53,985 bases of DNA. Origin: a plasmid. The DNA is taken from sequence record NZ_CP012356.1. One strand, written 5' to 3'. The notes under the pieces are model-generated. The model did not search any database. It was given only the letters and a program-made list of their open reading frames with translations, and had not been told where the DNA came from. Position numbers and translations under genes: made by a program. Shown one piece after another: positions 45,973 through 53,985 of this stretch (the first letter of the stretch is position 1; each line of letters opens with the position of its first letter).

Positions 45973-46170
45973 CCATGAAGACCCAGAAGACCTAGAAGAT
46001 CCAAAAGAACCGGTTTCGGCTGTTGCTTCGGTCTTCATGGTAGCTGATAGCCCGCGTCGTTGGAAGTGCGACGACGCCGATCCTCATCGGTATCGCACCC
46101 TGTTCCAGGGTCGAGAATGTGAAGGATTAACAACCATGACAAGTCATGAGACGCCCTCCCGGAGGGCGTC
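45973..46170. promoter_or_regulatory. Regulatory region upstream of rep: inverted repeat CCATGAAGACC...GGTCTTCATGG (45973-45983 / 46030-46040), AGAAGA(C/T)C direct repeats, and the 21-bp palindrome GACGCCCTCCcGGAGGGCGTC (46150-46170) abutting the rep ATG
   Basis: Read directly; the palindrome overlaps the RBS/start region, typical of Rep autoregulation. Confidence 0.5.
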
Positions 46171-47742
46171 ATGACCGCTTTAATTCAAGCTCTGCCGACA
46201 GCTGAACTGTCTGCTGGACCTGGTGCTAGCAGTCCAGCTAGACCCTCTGCTGAGGGCTTCATCAAGATTCACCACGACCTCATTAGTGCGGGCGTGTCGG
46301 GTAACGCGATGGCGTTGTTCGTCGCGTTACGTAACCAGCCCGGCTGTGATCAGTGGACCCGTCACTCGTACCTGCGGCTAGCCCAATGGTGCGGCTGGGA
46401 TGGGCTGTCGGAGGCGGCGGGCTGTAAGCGGGTGCAGCGGGCCGCTGCTGAGCTCGCTAGCGGTGGTTGGCTGGAATCGCGGGTCGGCCATGATCGTCGC
46501 ACCGCTAAGACGCTGGTGTGGCATCGGTTGACCAGCCCCGACACCGACCGCTGGGAGCAATTGCCGCGGATTGTGTGGGCGAGGATCTGCCAGATCGCCG
46601 GGGAGACGTCGGGAGAGTGGGTGAGGCATTGGCTGGTGTGGCGGATGCTGGCCGGTCGTACTGGTGTGGCTCAGGCCCCTACGTCCATCGTGGCCCGGTT
46701 CCTGGGCTGTTCTTCGCGCCAGGTCTCTCATATCCGTGGGGCTCTCGTTGATGCCGGTCTGCTCGGCTGTGACGAGGTCTCGGGGGCGGCGAGCCGGGTG
46801 TGGTTCCCCTCGATGGCCGAGGAGTGTGAAGCGGATCGTGAGGTGGTCGATGGGGCCGTCGTCGATGCTGAGGTGGGCTCTGGTGAAGGTGTCGAGGAGG
46901 GCGGGGAACCCCTGTCGATTTTGTCCACCCACCCCTGTCGATTTTGTCCATCCACCCCTGTCGATTTTGTCCGCCAAGTATTAGACAAACCATTAGACAG
47001 TGAATTAGACCCTGGGTCGCGTCAGCGTGTGAACTCACCAACGCGCGCGCGCGCGGCGGCCGAGCCGCCGAAGCCAAAGAAACCCATACCACCAACGCCT
47101 GAACCAGCAGCCCCCGCTTCAGACAGTCCTGTGTCAGCGCACGCTGATGAGGCTGCCGAGTTGGCGTGGCAGTTCGTGGGGTGGTGTCCTCAGCTGGTAG
47201 GGGCACCGAAGAAGGTGCGTGGCCAGCTCCGCCAGATGGTCGCTGCCGAGATCCGCCGGAATCCGGGCTGGCTGGATGCGCCAGCGTTGGAGGTTGTTGC
47301 CCAGCGGGTACGTGCTGAAGGTGCGCTGGGGGTCCAGCACTGTGAGATTGTGCGAGCCGAGCTGCACGGGGTGATCGCCGACCAGAAGGCCGCCCCCGCC
47401 CGCCCCGACGCCCTGCACGCGCGGGAGCCCAAGTGGTGGGACGACGTGTACTACGAAGGAAACACAACCGTGTGGTACGACTCTGACGAAACCAGTGACG
47501 ACGACGAGGCGTGGAACCGGTCGCAGGTATGTCATGTTGCTGAGCGTGACGACATGGCTGGCGGGATTGCTACCAACCTGCTGGCCTCCCACGCTGATGA
47601 TCCGATGGCCTGGCTGACTCGCCGTCAAACCATGCTGATGGCTCGTTTCCCCCACGCCCAGAACGAGGTCATCGCGATGTGCCACATCGTGCGCACCGCC
47701 CTGGAGGCCGACATGGCCGCCGGAACCCGGTGGGAGGACTGA
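46171..47742 (+). CDS. Candidate replication initiator (523 aa): two N-terminal winged-helix-like segments, Pro/Lys-rich linker, C-terminal domain; iterons lie inside the coding sequence, an arrangement like lambda O
   Basis: N-terminal winged-HTH-like blocks; 3 x 23-bp iterons plus AT-rich 7-mers in-frame within the ORF; coupling to the downstream HTH gene. Confidence 0.5.
   Translation: MTALIQALPTAELSAGPGASSPARPSAEGFIKIHHDLISAGVSGNAMALFVALRNQPGCDQWTRHSYLRLAQWCGWDGLSEAAGCKRVQRAAAELASGGWLESRVGHDRRTAKTLVWHRLTSPDTDRWEQLPRIVWARICQIAGETSGEWVRHWLVWRMLAGRTGVAQAPTSIVARFLGCSSRQVSHIRGALVDAGLLGCDEVSGAASRVWFPSMAEECEADREVVDGAVVDAEVGSGEGVEEGGEPLSILSTHPCRFCPSTPVDFVRQVLDKPLDSELDPGSRQRVNSPTRARAAAEPPKPKKPIPPTPEPAAPASDSPVSAHADEAAELAWQFVGWCPQLVGAPKKVRGQLRQMVAAEIRRNPGWLDAPALEVVAQRVRAEGALGVQHCEIVRAELHGVIADQKAAPARPDALHAREPKWWDDVYYEGNTTVWYDSDETSDDDEAWNRSQVCHVAERDDMAGGIATNLLASHADDPMAWLTRRQTMLMARFPHAQNEVIAMCHIVRTALEADMAAGTRWED
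46909..47056. repeat. Candidate origin: three tandem 23-bp iterons (CCCCTGTCGATTTTGTCCA(C/T)C...; 46909-46975), three ATTAGAC 7-mers at 12-bp spacing (46980-47010) and a (GC)7 run (47041-47056)
   Basis: Read directly. Confidence 0.6.
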
Positions 47743-48497
47743 TGAGGGTCTCCCGGCGCGCCCTCATGGCCGTGGCCCGTGCCGACGCTGCCGCAGCAGA
47801 CCATGCCACCGGCCGATGGGTGGCCACAGCCAACGCCACCGTCGCCCGGCTGACCGGACTGTGCGAACGCACCGTCCAATACGCCCGCGCCACCCTGGTC
47901 CACCTGGGCCTGTGCCGCGTCGTGGCCACCGGCCGCTACCTCACCGCCGACGAGCGGCGCACGGCTGCTCGCACCCATGGCGGCCGCCAGATGCGCGCCG
48001 CCTCCACCCGCGTCCTCACCATGTCCTGCGCAATCGTTTGCGCCCTACCCCGAAGGGGTCACCACTACAGGAAAGTTAAGTTCCTAGATGGTCACCAACG
48101 CACGCGCAGGCGCGTGCGAAGGCCAGCAACACCAGAGAAGAAACCCCTGTGGCTGCAAAAACTCGCAGCCCTCCTCGACGCCATGAACCGCAGGAACCGT
48201 CGCCTCGGCCTCGACGTGCCATGCGCCGACGACCAGCACAACCCCTTGGGACTGTTCATCCATCAGGCCCGAGACACCCTCACCCACGACAACCCCCATG
48301 AACGCCGCCTAGCCCGTGACGCTGAACGCGCCCGGCTCATCGACGACCAACTCCGCCGCCGCGCAGAAACCGCCACCTGCGCAGCCCGCCTCGCAGCCGA
48401 GCACGCCGACCCCGACTACCAGACCCGCCGTCGTGAACGCAGGGAAACCCTGCGAGCCACACTCAGGGCCGCCCAGCAGCATGTCAGGACACACTGA
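47742..48497 (+). CDS. HTH protein, Arg-rich C-terminus (252 aa), translationally coupled to rep
   Basis: TGATG overlap; HTH VARLTGLCERTVQYARATL. Confidence 0.45.
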   Translation: MRVSRRALMAVARADAAAADHATGRWVATANATVARLTGLCERTVQYARATLVHLGLCRVVATGRYLTADERRTAARTHGGRQMRAASTRVLTMSCAIVCALPRRGHHYRKVKFLDGHQRTRRRVRRPATPEKKPLWLQKLAALLDAMNRRNRRLGLDVPCADDQHNPLGLFIHQARDTLTHDNPHERRLARDAERARLIDDQLRRRAETATCAARLAAEHADPDYQTRRRERRETLRATLRAAQQHVRTH

Positions 48498-48559
48498 TAC
48501 CCGCTCATACGCACACCATGAAACACGACAAGCCACCTGACAGTATCAGCTGCAAGACG

Positions 48560-48765
48560 CATGACAACATAGAAGGACATGATGAAATACACATAGACAC
48601 AACCCCGCACAGCAGTTTCGCAACAAATCATGATAGTCTCATGGCAGTATCGCTTGATACACACATAGCATCACTCCCACATAGGCAGTTATGCTGATAT
48701 ACTCCTACTAGGTTATCCGTCCAACATGCTGAGTGGGTTCCTGTACAGCATGAAAGGAGCATGGC
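48560..48765. promoter_or_regulatory. AT-rich region upstream of parA-3 with ACATAG-containing repeats (at least four copies)
   Basis: Local GC drop; repeats caACATAGaagg, acACATAGacac, acACATAGcatc, cACATAGgcag. Confidence 0.4.
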
Positions 48766-49362
48766 ATGATATGGGCCGTTCTCAACTGCAAGGGTGGTGT
48801 CGGCAAGACGACCAGTGCCCTCCTGCTGGCGGCAGCCGCCGCCAAGCAGGGCCACACCACCCTGGTGGCCGACGCTGACCCCCAGGGCACCGCATCCCAG
48901 TGGTCAGCCCTGGCAACCAAAAACGACGAACCCCTGCCCTTCCCGGTGCAAGCGGTCAACATCGCCACCATGGAGGCACTGCCCACCACCACCGACGCCC
49001 ATGATCTCATCCTCGTTGACACACCCCCCTCGGCAGGCGATCTGATGTTCCAGGCATGCCGCATCGCCGACCTCATCATCATCCCCACCGCCACCTCCGG
49101 ACCCGACATCTCCCGAACATGGGTCACCATGGACGCCACACAAGGCACACCACGCGCGATCCTCCTCACCCAAACCGAACACAACCGTGTCGTCTACCGC
49201 CAAGCTCGCACTGCCCTCGCCGCCGACGACACCGTCGTTCTCCTGGACCACGACATCCCCCGCCGTGAATCCATCCGCACAGCATGGGGCACCAACCCCC
49301 CAGACGACGTCATCACCTACTACCTGCCCGTCCTCAACGAACTCATGGAGGCCCTGTCATGA
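48766..49362 (+). CDS. parA: ParA-family partition ATPase (198 aa), copy 3
   Basis: [27 protein letters not shown]. Confidence 0.85.
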   Translation: MIWAVLNCKGGVGKTTSALLLAAAAAKQGHTTLVADADPQGTASQWSALATKNDEPLPFPVQAVNIATMEALPTTTDAHDLILVDTPPSAGDLMFQACRIADLIIIPTATSGPDISRTWVTMDATQGTPRAILLTQTEHNRVVYRQARTALAADDTVVLLDHDIPRRESIRTAWGTNPPDDVITYYLPVLNELMEALS

Positions 49363-49634
49363 CCACCAAGAAAACCGACCCATTCGCCCGCCAGAAAGCA
49401 GCAGAAGACCGCGCCCACCAACTCCAAGACGAAGCCCAACGCCACGCCCACCCCAAACGCGTCATCGGCCCCACCGCACGATTCCAGTTCGTCCTGCCAG
49501 CCGACGTGCTCACCGGCCTCAAACACCTCGCCCTCACCCGCGGCACCACCGCCCGCCAACTCACCCTCGACGCCCTCGACACCGCCTACGGCCTCGACAC
49601 CCTCGCCAACAGCGGGAAGAAAACCCACCCATGA
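49359..49634 (+). CDS. ParG-like RHH partition protein (91 aa), partner of ParA-3
   Basis: ATGA coupling; C-terminal RHH RFQFVLPADVLTGLKHLALTRGTTARQLTLDALDTAY. Confidence 0.55.
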   Translation: MTTKKTDPFARQKAAEDRAHQLQDEAQRHAHPKRVIGPTARFQFVLPADVLTGLKHLALTRGTTARQLTLDALDTAYGLDTLANSGKKTHP

Positions 49635-49992
49635 CCCGTGGGTCCCCCTGCCACCACCCCCTCGACGGCAACTGTGTGCGAGCCACAGGCCCGCACACAG
49701 GCGGCAGCCCAGTGCCGTCCCCGCCAGGAAAGGAACTGAACTTTTCTGGAGTGCTGGCTCCCTATCACCCCTTATGGTGCTATCAGATCCAGTAGCGCCA
49801 GCCCGAGAGGAAACCCATGAGCTACATCGTCCGCACCGGAAATCTAGCCGGCACCCCCGAGCTGCGCGAGGGGTAGCTGACACGGCGGACCGTGCCCCTG
49901 ACAGTAAGCGGCACTACTGGAGACATCACCATGACCGCTCAGATCCTCGCCCCGTGCAACCAGAAGGCTGCCGTCATCGAAGGAGCCCTGCC

Positions 49993-50280
49993 ATGAACCA
50001 ACCTACCCCCCACAAGGCCGACGAGTCACAGACGAGCAACACCACGAGGAAGTGGCGGCACAAGGTGTCGTTCTACCAAGACCCGGCCGACACCGACCGA
50101 GTCCGCGGAGCGATCCTCCACACCATGACAACCGAAGGCAACCGGAACCTGAGCCAGTTCGTCAACGATGCCGTCATGGCCAAGGTGACCGAACTGGAAG
50201 CAAAATACAACCACGGCGAGCCATTCCCCGCCGTGGGAGCCCGAGGACTCCCCCAGGGCGGCGCAGCCGCCAACAGATAA
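49993..50280 (+). CDS. RHH DNA-binding protein (95 aa)
   Basis: GAAGGAG RBS; RHH KVSFYQDPADTDRVRGAILHTMTTEGNRNLSQFVNDAVMAKV; preceded by a 21-codon mini-ORF overlapping its start (ATGA). Confidence 0.45.
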   Translation: MNQPTPHKADESQTSNTTRKWRHKVSFYQDPADTDRVRGAILHTMTTEGNRNLSQFVNDAVMAKVTELEAKYNHGEPFPAVGARGLPQGGAAANR

Positions 50281-50338
50281 GAGGGCGGGGACCACCAATA
50301 GCAGTCGATTTCGGATCCAGATCGGGTAGACAGGACCC

Positions 50339-50548
50339 ATGATGAATTTCATATCCTCCCTGCTCTCGGCCATCCTGACCCTCTTTGCGATGGTAGCCGT
50401 GGCGATAGGAGTGGTGAACATTGTGCCGGGAATATGCGCCATCATCGGTGCACGGAAATACGGCGACCAGGACCGTGTGCGGGCAGGACAACGAAAGATC
50501 CTTCTTGGTGCTATCGCCTTGGTGGTAGCAGTAGGCATTCACCCGTGA
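50339..50548 (+). CDS. Small membrane protein (69 aa, two transmembrane helices)
   Basis: ORF only; hydrophobic composition. Confidence 0.35.
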   Translation: MMNFISSLLSAILTLFAMVAVAIGVVNIVPGICAIIGARKYGDQDRVRAGQRKILLGAIALVVAVGIHP

Positions 50549-50855
50549 CCCACGGTTACCGGAAGCCCCGCCGCAATCGATACCACTGTCAGTACCATCA
50601 GGGGCGATAGGGGTCAAGCTCTCCTTGTCACAATCCCTTCCCCGGCAGCCCAGTAACCGTCGCTTACAGCCATACATGGATATGCGCCCATTCGTCGGCA
50701 CCGACGCCGTGCGGGTTGGCGACGCTGACCCGTCTGCTCACAAACGACCCTTCCAGCCCAGCACCACCCACTACACCGACACGATCCACGAAGCTGAAAC
50801 CGAACCTCCCATCCCTGTCCGAAACATCAACGAACTCATCAACCCCACCAACCAT

Positions 50856-50957
50856 GCATGAACGCACGATCGCCTACCGGCCAGCCTTCCTGCGCGACGT
50901 GAAGCGGCTCAAAAACAAGCACTACAACATGAACACACACTCAAATGGGCGGTAAGG
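50856..50957 (+). pseudogene. Possible truncated RelE/ParE-like toxin N-terminus (MHERTIAYRPAFLRDVKRLKNKHYNMN...stop), coupled by ATGCATGA overlap to the upstream 78-aa ORF (50625-50861)
   Basis: N-terminal RelE/ParE-like signature; stop after 33 codons exactly where the convergent hydrolase gene ends. Confidence 0.3.
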
Positions 50958-51695
50958 TCACGAAGTCGACGTGGCTGCCTCACGGATGGCTTCGGCGAGC
51001 TCTTGGGGTCGACTCCACATGGGCCAGTGGCCGGTTGGCAGATCCATCGCGGTGAAGTTGGTCAGGTGCGCGACGGCGCTGAACATCGGATTGCCTGCTG
51101 CGGCCAGCTCGAGGACCTGGACGCTAGGAATGGAGCAGCAGATCAACGTGGTTAGTACATCATGGCGAGCGCTATTGGACAGCGCGACCCGTGCCCGGGC
51201 CACTTGCGCGGGTTCAGGAACCGCCCGTGCCCGGAACCGGTCAAGGTGCTCGTTGCTGAGGCCCTCTAAACTGGCCTGCTTGCCGAGAGTATCGAAGTCA
51301 GGAAGTGGCAGCTCAGCTGTTTCCTCAGGTAGATCTGGTGCGAAGGCACCTCCATCGCTCATGGGACCGGAGTCCACCCAGACGATCCGATGGACCAACT
51401 CTGGGTGCCTGTCTACAACTAGGCTCACCGGCCCGTTCGCGCCACTGTGTCCCACCAGGACCGCATCGCCGCCCATCTCGTCCAGGATGGCTGAGATGGC
51501 GTCAGCTTGGTCGTCGAGCGTGCGCGTAGTGCGCTGGGTGTCCTCCTGATCGAGGCCAGGCAGCGTCAGCCCCACGGCTCGACTGCCAGCAGTGTTCAAT
51601 AACTCGACTACCTCGTCCCAAGCCCAGGCTCCGAGCCAGTAACCAGGAACGAGGACGATAGGCCGATGCTGGTCAGGTCGCGATGTCGAAGTCAT
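50958..51695 (-). CDS. Alpha/beta-hydrolase fold protein (245 aa)
   Basis: Nucleophile elbow VGHSGANG; IVLVPGYWLGAWAW N-terminal motif. Confidence 0.7.
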   Translation of the reverse strand: MTSTSRPDQHRPIVLVPGYWLGAWAWDEVVELLNTAGSRAVGLTLPGLDQEDTQRTTRTLDDQADAISAILDEMGGDAVLVGHSGANGPVSLVVDRHPELVHRIVWVDSGPMSDGGAFAPDLPEETAELPLPDFDTLGKQASLEGLSNEHLDRFRARAVPEPAQVARARVALSNSARHDVLTTLICCSIPSVQVLELAAAGNPMFSAVAHLTNFTAMDLPTGHWPMWSRPQELAEAIREAATSTS

Positions 51696-52251
51696 GGAGA
51701 CATAGTTGCACAGTGCGCGGACAAGGGAGTGGCACTATTTCTGGCATGAATTTAGATCTGGGTGTCCGGTGAGGCGATCAGAACGCCTCCATGTACTGTC
51801 CGAGTGTCTACGATGCAGCGGACACAGTCGAGCAGCTGGCTCACAAGTTTCCAGGTGTCCTTCTGCCCCTATGAGGGAAGTCGGCTGCTCTCGCAACCTT
51901 TGAGGGCTGCTCTGGGGTCGGAACCAGTTACAGATCGTTCAAGTTCCGGGAACTACCGCCGGTCACGCTGATTGATTCCCGGGCGATCTCGCTTCTGACG
52001 ACAGTGGTCGGTAACCGAGAGGCGTCCTACTCTGACCCCGCTGCTGCGGTGAGTAAATCACGGGCGTCCCGGATCCGGCCACCCGTCCAAGTGCCAGCCA
52101 GCTTGATCGGCTAGGCATCGTCAAGGAGCGACGATGAGGTGATGATGCGATGTGAGCGCACCGCGAAGTGAGGTATAAAGAAGCCTTCCCGGGCGCATGC
52201 GTCGCCCAGGAAGGCCAGGTTGGCCCCTGGACGGCTGAATGGTTGGGCGGA

Positions 52252-52809
52252 TCAGGCTGTAGCGGAGACGTGCAGTACCTCGTAGGCGATGGCGTTGGTT
52301 GGGCTCTGGTCTGCATCGTGGCTACTGAGTTCGACGAGGATGACGGTCCAGGTGGTGATGTCGACGGCGGTGACGCGGGCGATGGTGGAATCAGTGGATG
52401 CTGCAAGGAAGTCGGCGGTTATGTCTTCGATGCAGTGGGACGGAGCAGTGCTGGTGGGCAGGGGCACGGTCTTGACGGTCAGGCTTCGGGCAGCAGAGTA
52501 ATCGGCGGTTCCGTTAACAAGCTGGTGGACGGTCCAGTCCTGGATCGGGTGCCGGCCGAAGTCGCGTACGATAGCCGAGTAACCAAGTTCGCCCCAGCAG
52601 AACTGGCGCATCCCCTCTATGTCGCGCCAGACGTAGAAGGGCGCGTAGGAGTTCTGGGGTGCGCCTTTGACCTTTTCTTGGATGAGGTAGGCCTTGAACT
52701 CCAGTCCATGGTAGCCGTCCATGAGGTGTCCAGTCTGGATGACGCGGTCGCGGATGATCTGCATGTCATAGTCGGTGGGCAGGGTGATCTGATATTGCAT
52801 GGCGTACAT
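52252..52809 (-). CDS. DUF4865-like conserved hypothetical protein (185 aa)
   Basis: AAGGAGA RBS; N-terminal MYAMQYQITLPTDYDM resembles DUF4865 as I remember the family. Confidence 0.45.
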   Translation of the reverse strand: MYAMQYQITLPTDYDMQIIRDRVIQTGHLMDGYHGLEFKAYLIQEKVKGAPQNSYAPFYVWRDIEGMRQFCWGELGYSAIVRDFGRHPIQDWTVHQLVNGTADYSAARSLTVKTVPLPTSTAPSHCIEDITADFLAASTDSTIARVTAVDITTWTVILVELSSHDADQSPTNAIAYEVLHVSATA

Positions 52810-52863
52810 CAGCGGTTCTCCTTGGTTTCGTGGGAGTAGGTCGTGGGGATGACGGGTTCCTGC

Positions 52864-53403
52864 CAATCGATGGTTGACAAGTCGTCGGCGGCTTGTTGGT
52901 AGGTAAGGTGGATCATTGGCTGTTTGAGTGCAGCGCCATGCCAGTGTCTCTGGCCGGCGTCGATCCAGATGGATTCGCCCTTGGTCAGGTGCTGGGGTGC
53001 TTGTCCTTCAATATGGACCAGGGCAACGCCGCCCGTGACGTAGAGGCCCTGTCCCTTGGGGTGTGTGCCTCAGCGGCAAACGTGACGGCGTGGGCGGCAC
53101 GCCCGGCGTCTTCCGTGGCACGATCGGCCGGATCCATGGCGGCGCGCAGCTGCTGTTCTGCAGCCAGGCGTCCAGGTCACGGCGGGCAGCATCGACACCC
53201 AGGGCAGCCTCGACGGCTTCAGGGCTACGACGCTGGCCGGGCTGGTTGACCGCAGACCACTGGTGCCGGGCGTCGTCCAGATCATGGCCGGCGGCGTCGA
53301 TGAGGGCGGTGGTGGCTTCGGCGCAGCATCGCCTGATCCACTCCGAACGTGACAGGCCAGCTGTCTCGGCGGCACTGTCAATGCGCGCCAGGAGAGATTT
53401 CAT
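52864..53403 (-). pseudogene. Frameshifted HTH plus cupin-domain regulator
   Basis: Cupin C-terminus (GLYVTGGVALVHIEGQAPQHLTKGESIWIDAGQRHWHG) is open only from about 53045 with no start; an N-terminal HTH-like segment (MKSLLARIDSAAETAGLSRSEWIRR) is in another frame (53008-53403); TGATG coupling to the DUF4865 gene. Confidence 0.4.
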
Positions 53404-53630
53404 GGGCGCTCATCTGTAGCCTCCAGATAGGCGTTGATGTAGCGCAGAGCCTGATCCGTCATGTCGATGGCGGCTGCCTCGGCAGACGACACAACGGGCT
53501 GTGGATGATAAGACCACCCAACATAGACGGCGAACATCAATTTCTCGACAGCTTTCATGAGGTCCCCGGCGGCAACCGCATCCGCCTCATCATCCGAGGA
53601 GAACCACTTCAGGTCTGAACGGCTGTACAT
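53400..53630 (-). CDS. Small acidic hypothetical protein (76 aa)
   Basis: Internal Met start; ATGA coupling to the downstream gene. Confidence 0.35.
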   Translation of the reverse strand: MYSRSDLKWFSSDDEADAVAAGDLMKAVEKLMFAVYVGWSYHPQPVVSSAEAAAIDMTDQALRYINAYLEATDERP

Positions 53631-53798
53631 AGCCCCTAGGTCCTGATGTGGGTCGAGGTCCTTGGAATGATGGAAGTTCCTACACACCCATCGCCAAAGA
53701 CCTCAACATGGACAACGCTACCTTCACCACTCCCTCATCCGTGAAGAGCCAGTTTATGCACGGTGTTGAAAGAGGCGTCGGTCTACGACGAATGCGGG

Positions 53799-53985
53799 TT
53801 AATGGTCTTGCGGTGTGGGGCGCTGGGCGATGGCATCGAGAACGCGTGAGTGGGTGGCGATCCATTCGGCCGCGTCGGGGTTGATGTTGCGGGCGACGGT
53901 GTCGATCGCTGTTACGTAGTGGGCAAGCCTGCGAATCTCAGCTTGTTGGTCAGGGTGATCGCTGATGAGAGGCTCTTGATGGGAG
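53799..53985 (-). CDS. Hypothetical protein, 5' end beyond the window (C-terminal about 62 aa visible)
   Basis: Open frame running to the window edge; stop at about 53799. Confidence 0.3.
   Translation of the reverse strand, partial: SHQEPLISDHPDQQAEIRRLAHYVTAIDTVARNINPDAAEWIATHSRVLDAIAQRPTPQDH

Noticed and set aside
45419-46174. 251-aa ORF spanning the RHH gene and the rep upstream region
   Set aside because: Arg/Gly/Cys-rich low-complexity product that runs through the repeat-rich regulatory region; the in-frame RHH gene 45513-45857 is the better explanation.
46679-47467. 262-aa minus-strand ORF inside rep
   Set aside because: Arg/Pro-rich antisense artefact.
51963-52839. ORFs 51963-52406 (-) and 52168-52839 (+)
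   Set aside because: Pro/Ser-rich or Gly/Asp-rich products; the second is antisense to the DUF4865 gene. The spacer 51700-52250 looks like decayed non-coding DNA.
1-53985. Search for CRISPR arrays, tRNA/rRNA genes, transposases, integrases
   Set aside because: No regularly spaced direct repeats with unique spacers, no tRNA-like cloverleaf candidates or rRNA-like conserved blocks, and no ORF with DDE-transposase, tyrosine- or serine-recombinase motifs were seen. The tandem repeats present are iterons or short promoter-region repeats.

Overview
This is a roughly 54-kb window of high-GC DNA, estimated by eye at about 62-65% GC. It carries the gene content of a large actinobacterial conjugative plasmid. 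It resembles the tad-carrying linear plasmids of Cutibacterium/Propionibacterium, but that is an inference, not a database result. Reading left to right: positions 1-130 are dense with small TTCG-looped hairpins and look like a linear-replicon telomere, followed by an AT-rich promoter and a hypothetical gene. A RelB/RelE toxin-antitoxin pair follows. Two minus-strand ParA plus RHH partner partition cassettes sit upstream of AT-rich repeat tracts, and a third lies near the right end. A low-GC island (about 5070-6200) encodes a secreted Cys-containing protein and a small acidic protein. Next come a HicA/HicB-like pair and a block of small HTH/RHH regulators with strong palindromic operators. An operon encodes an unknown 568-aa protein flanked by paralogous HTH proteins, and a GNAT gene follows. 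A long minus-strand conjugation cluster spans 28012 to 16001. It contains a secreted protein, small membrane proteins, a VirB4-like ATPase, a polytopic VirB6-like protein, an NlpC/P60 hydrolase, WhiB, an FtsK/SpoIIIE-like translocase and a prepilin peptidase. This cluster is punctuated by three copies of a conserved leader element. After that come a sigma-70-like factor and an iteron-rich region. A complete tad/flp pilus locus follows, with a ParA-like ATPase, a tandem-RHH protein, CpaB, TadZ, CpaF, TadB, TadC, Flp and three TadE-like pseudopilins. It is followed by a 1037-aa LysM/SARP-like membrane protein, a lipoprotein, a secreted protein and a J-domain membrane protein. A roughly 2-kb insertion bracketed by a diverged duplication carries an RHH protein and a Nudix-LOG fusion enzyme. 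A Rep gene shaped like lambda O contains 3 x 23-bp iterons and AT-rich repeats inside its coding sequence. The third parA/RHH cassette follows. The right end looks decayed, with a RelE-like remnant, an alpha/beta hydrolase, a DUF4865 gene and a frameshifted HTH-cupin gene. I saw no rRNA, tRNA, CRISPR array, transposase or integrase. Many long Arg/Pro/Gly-rich alternative-frame ORFs are treated as high-GC artefacts.
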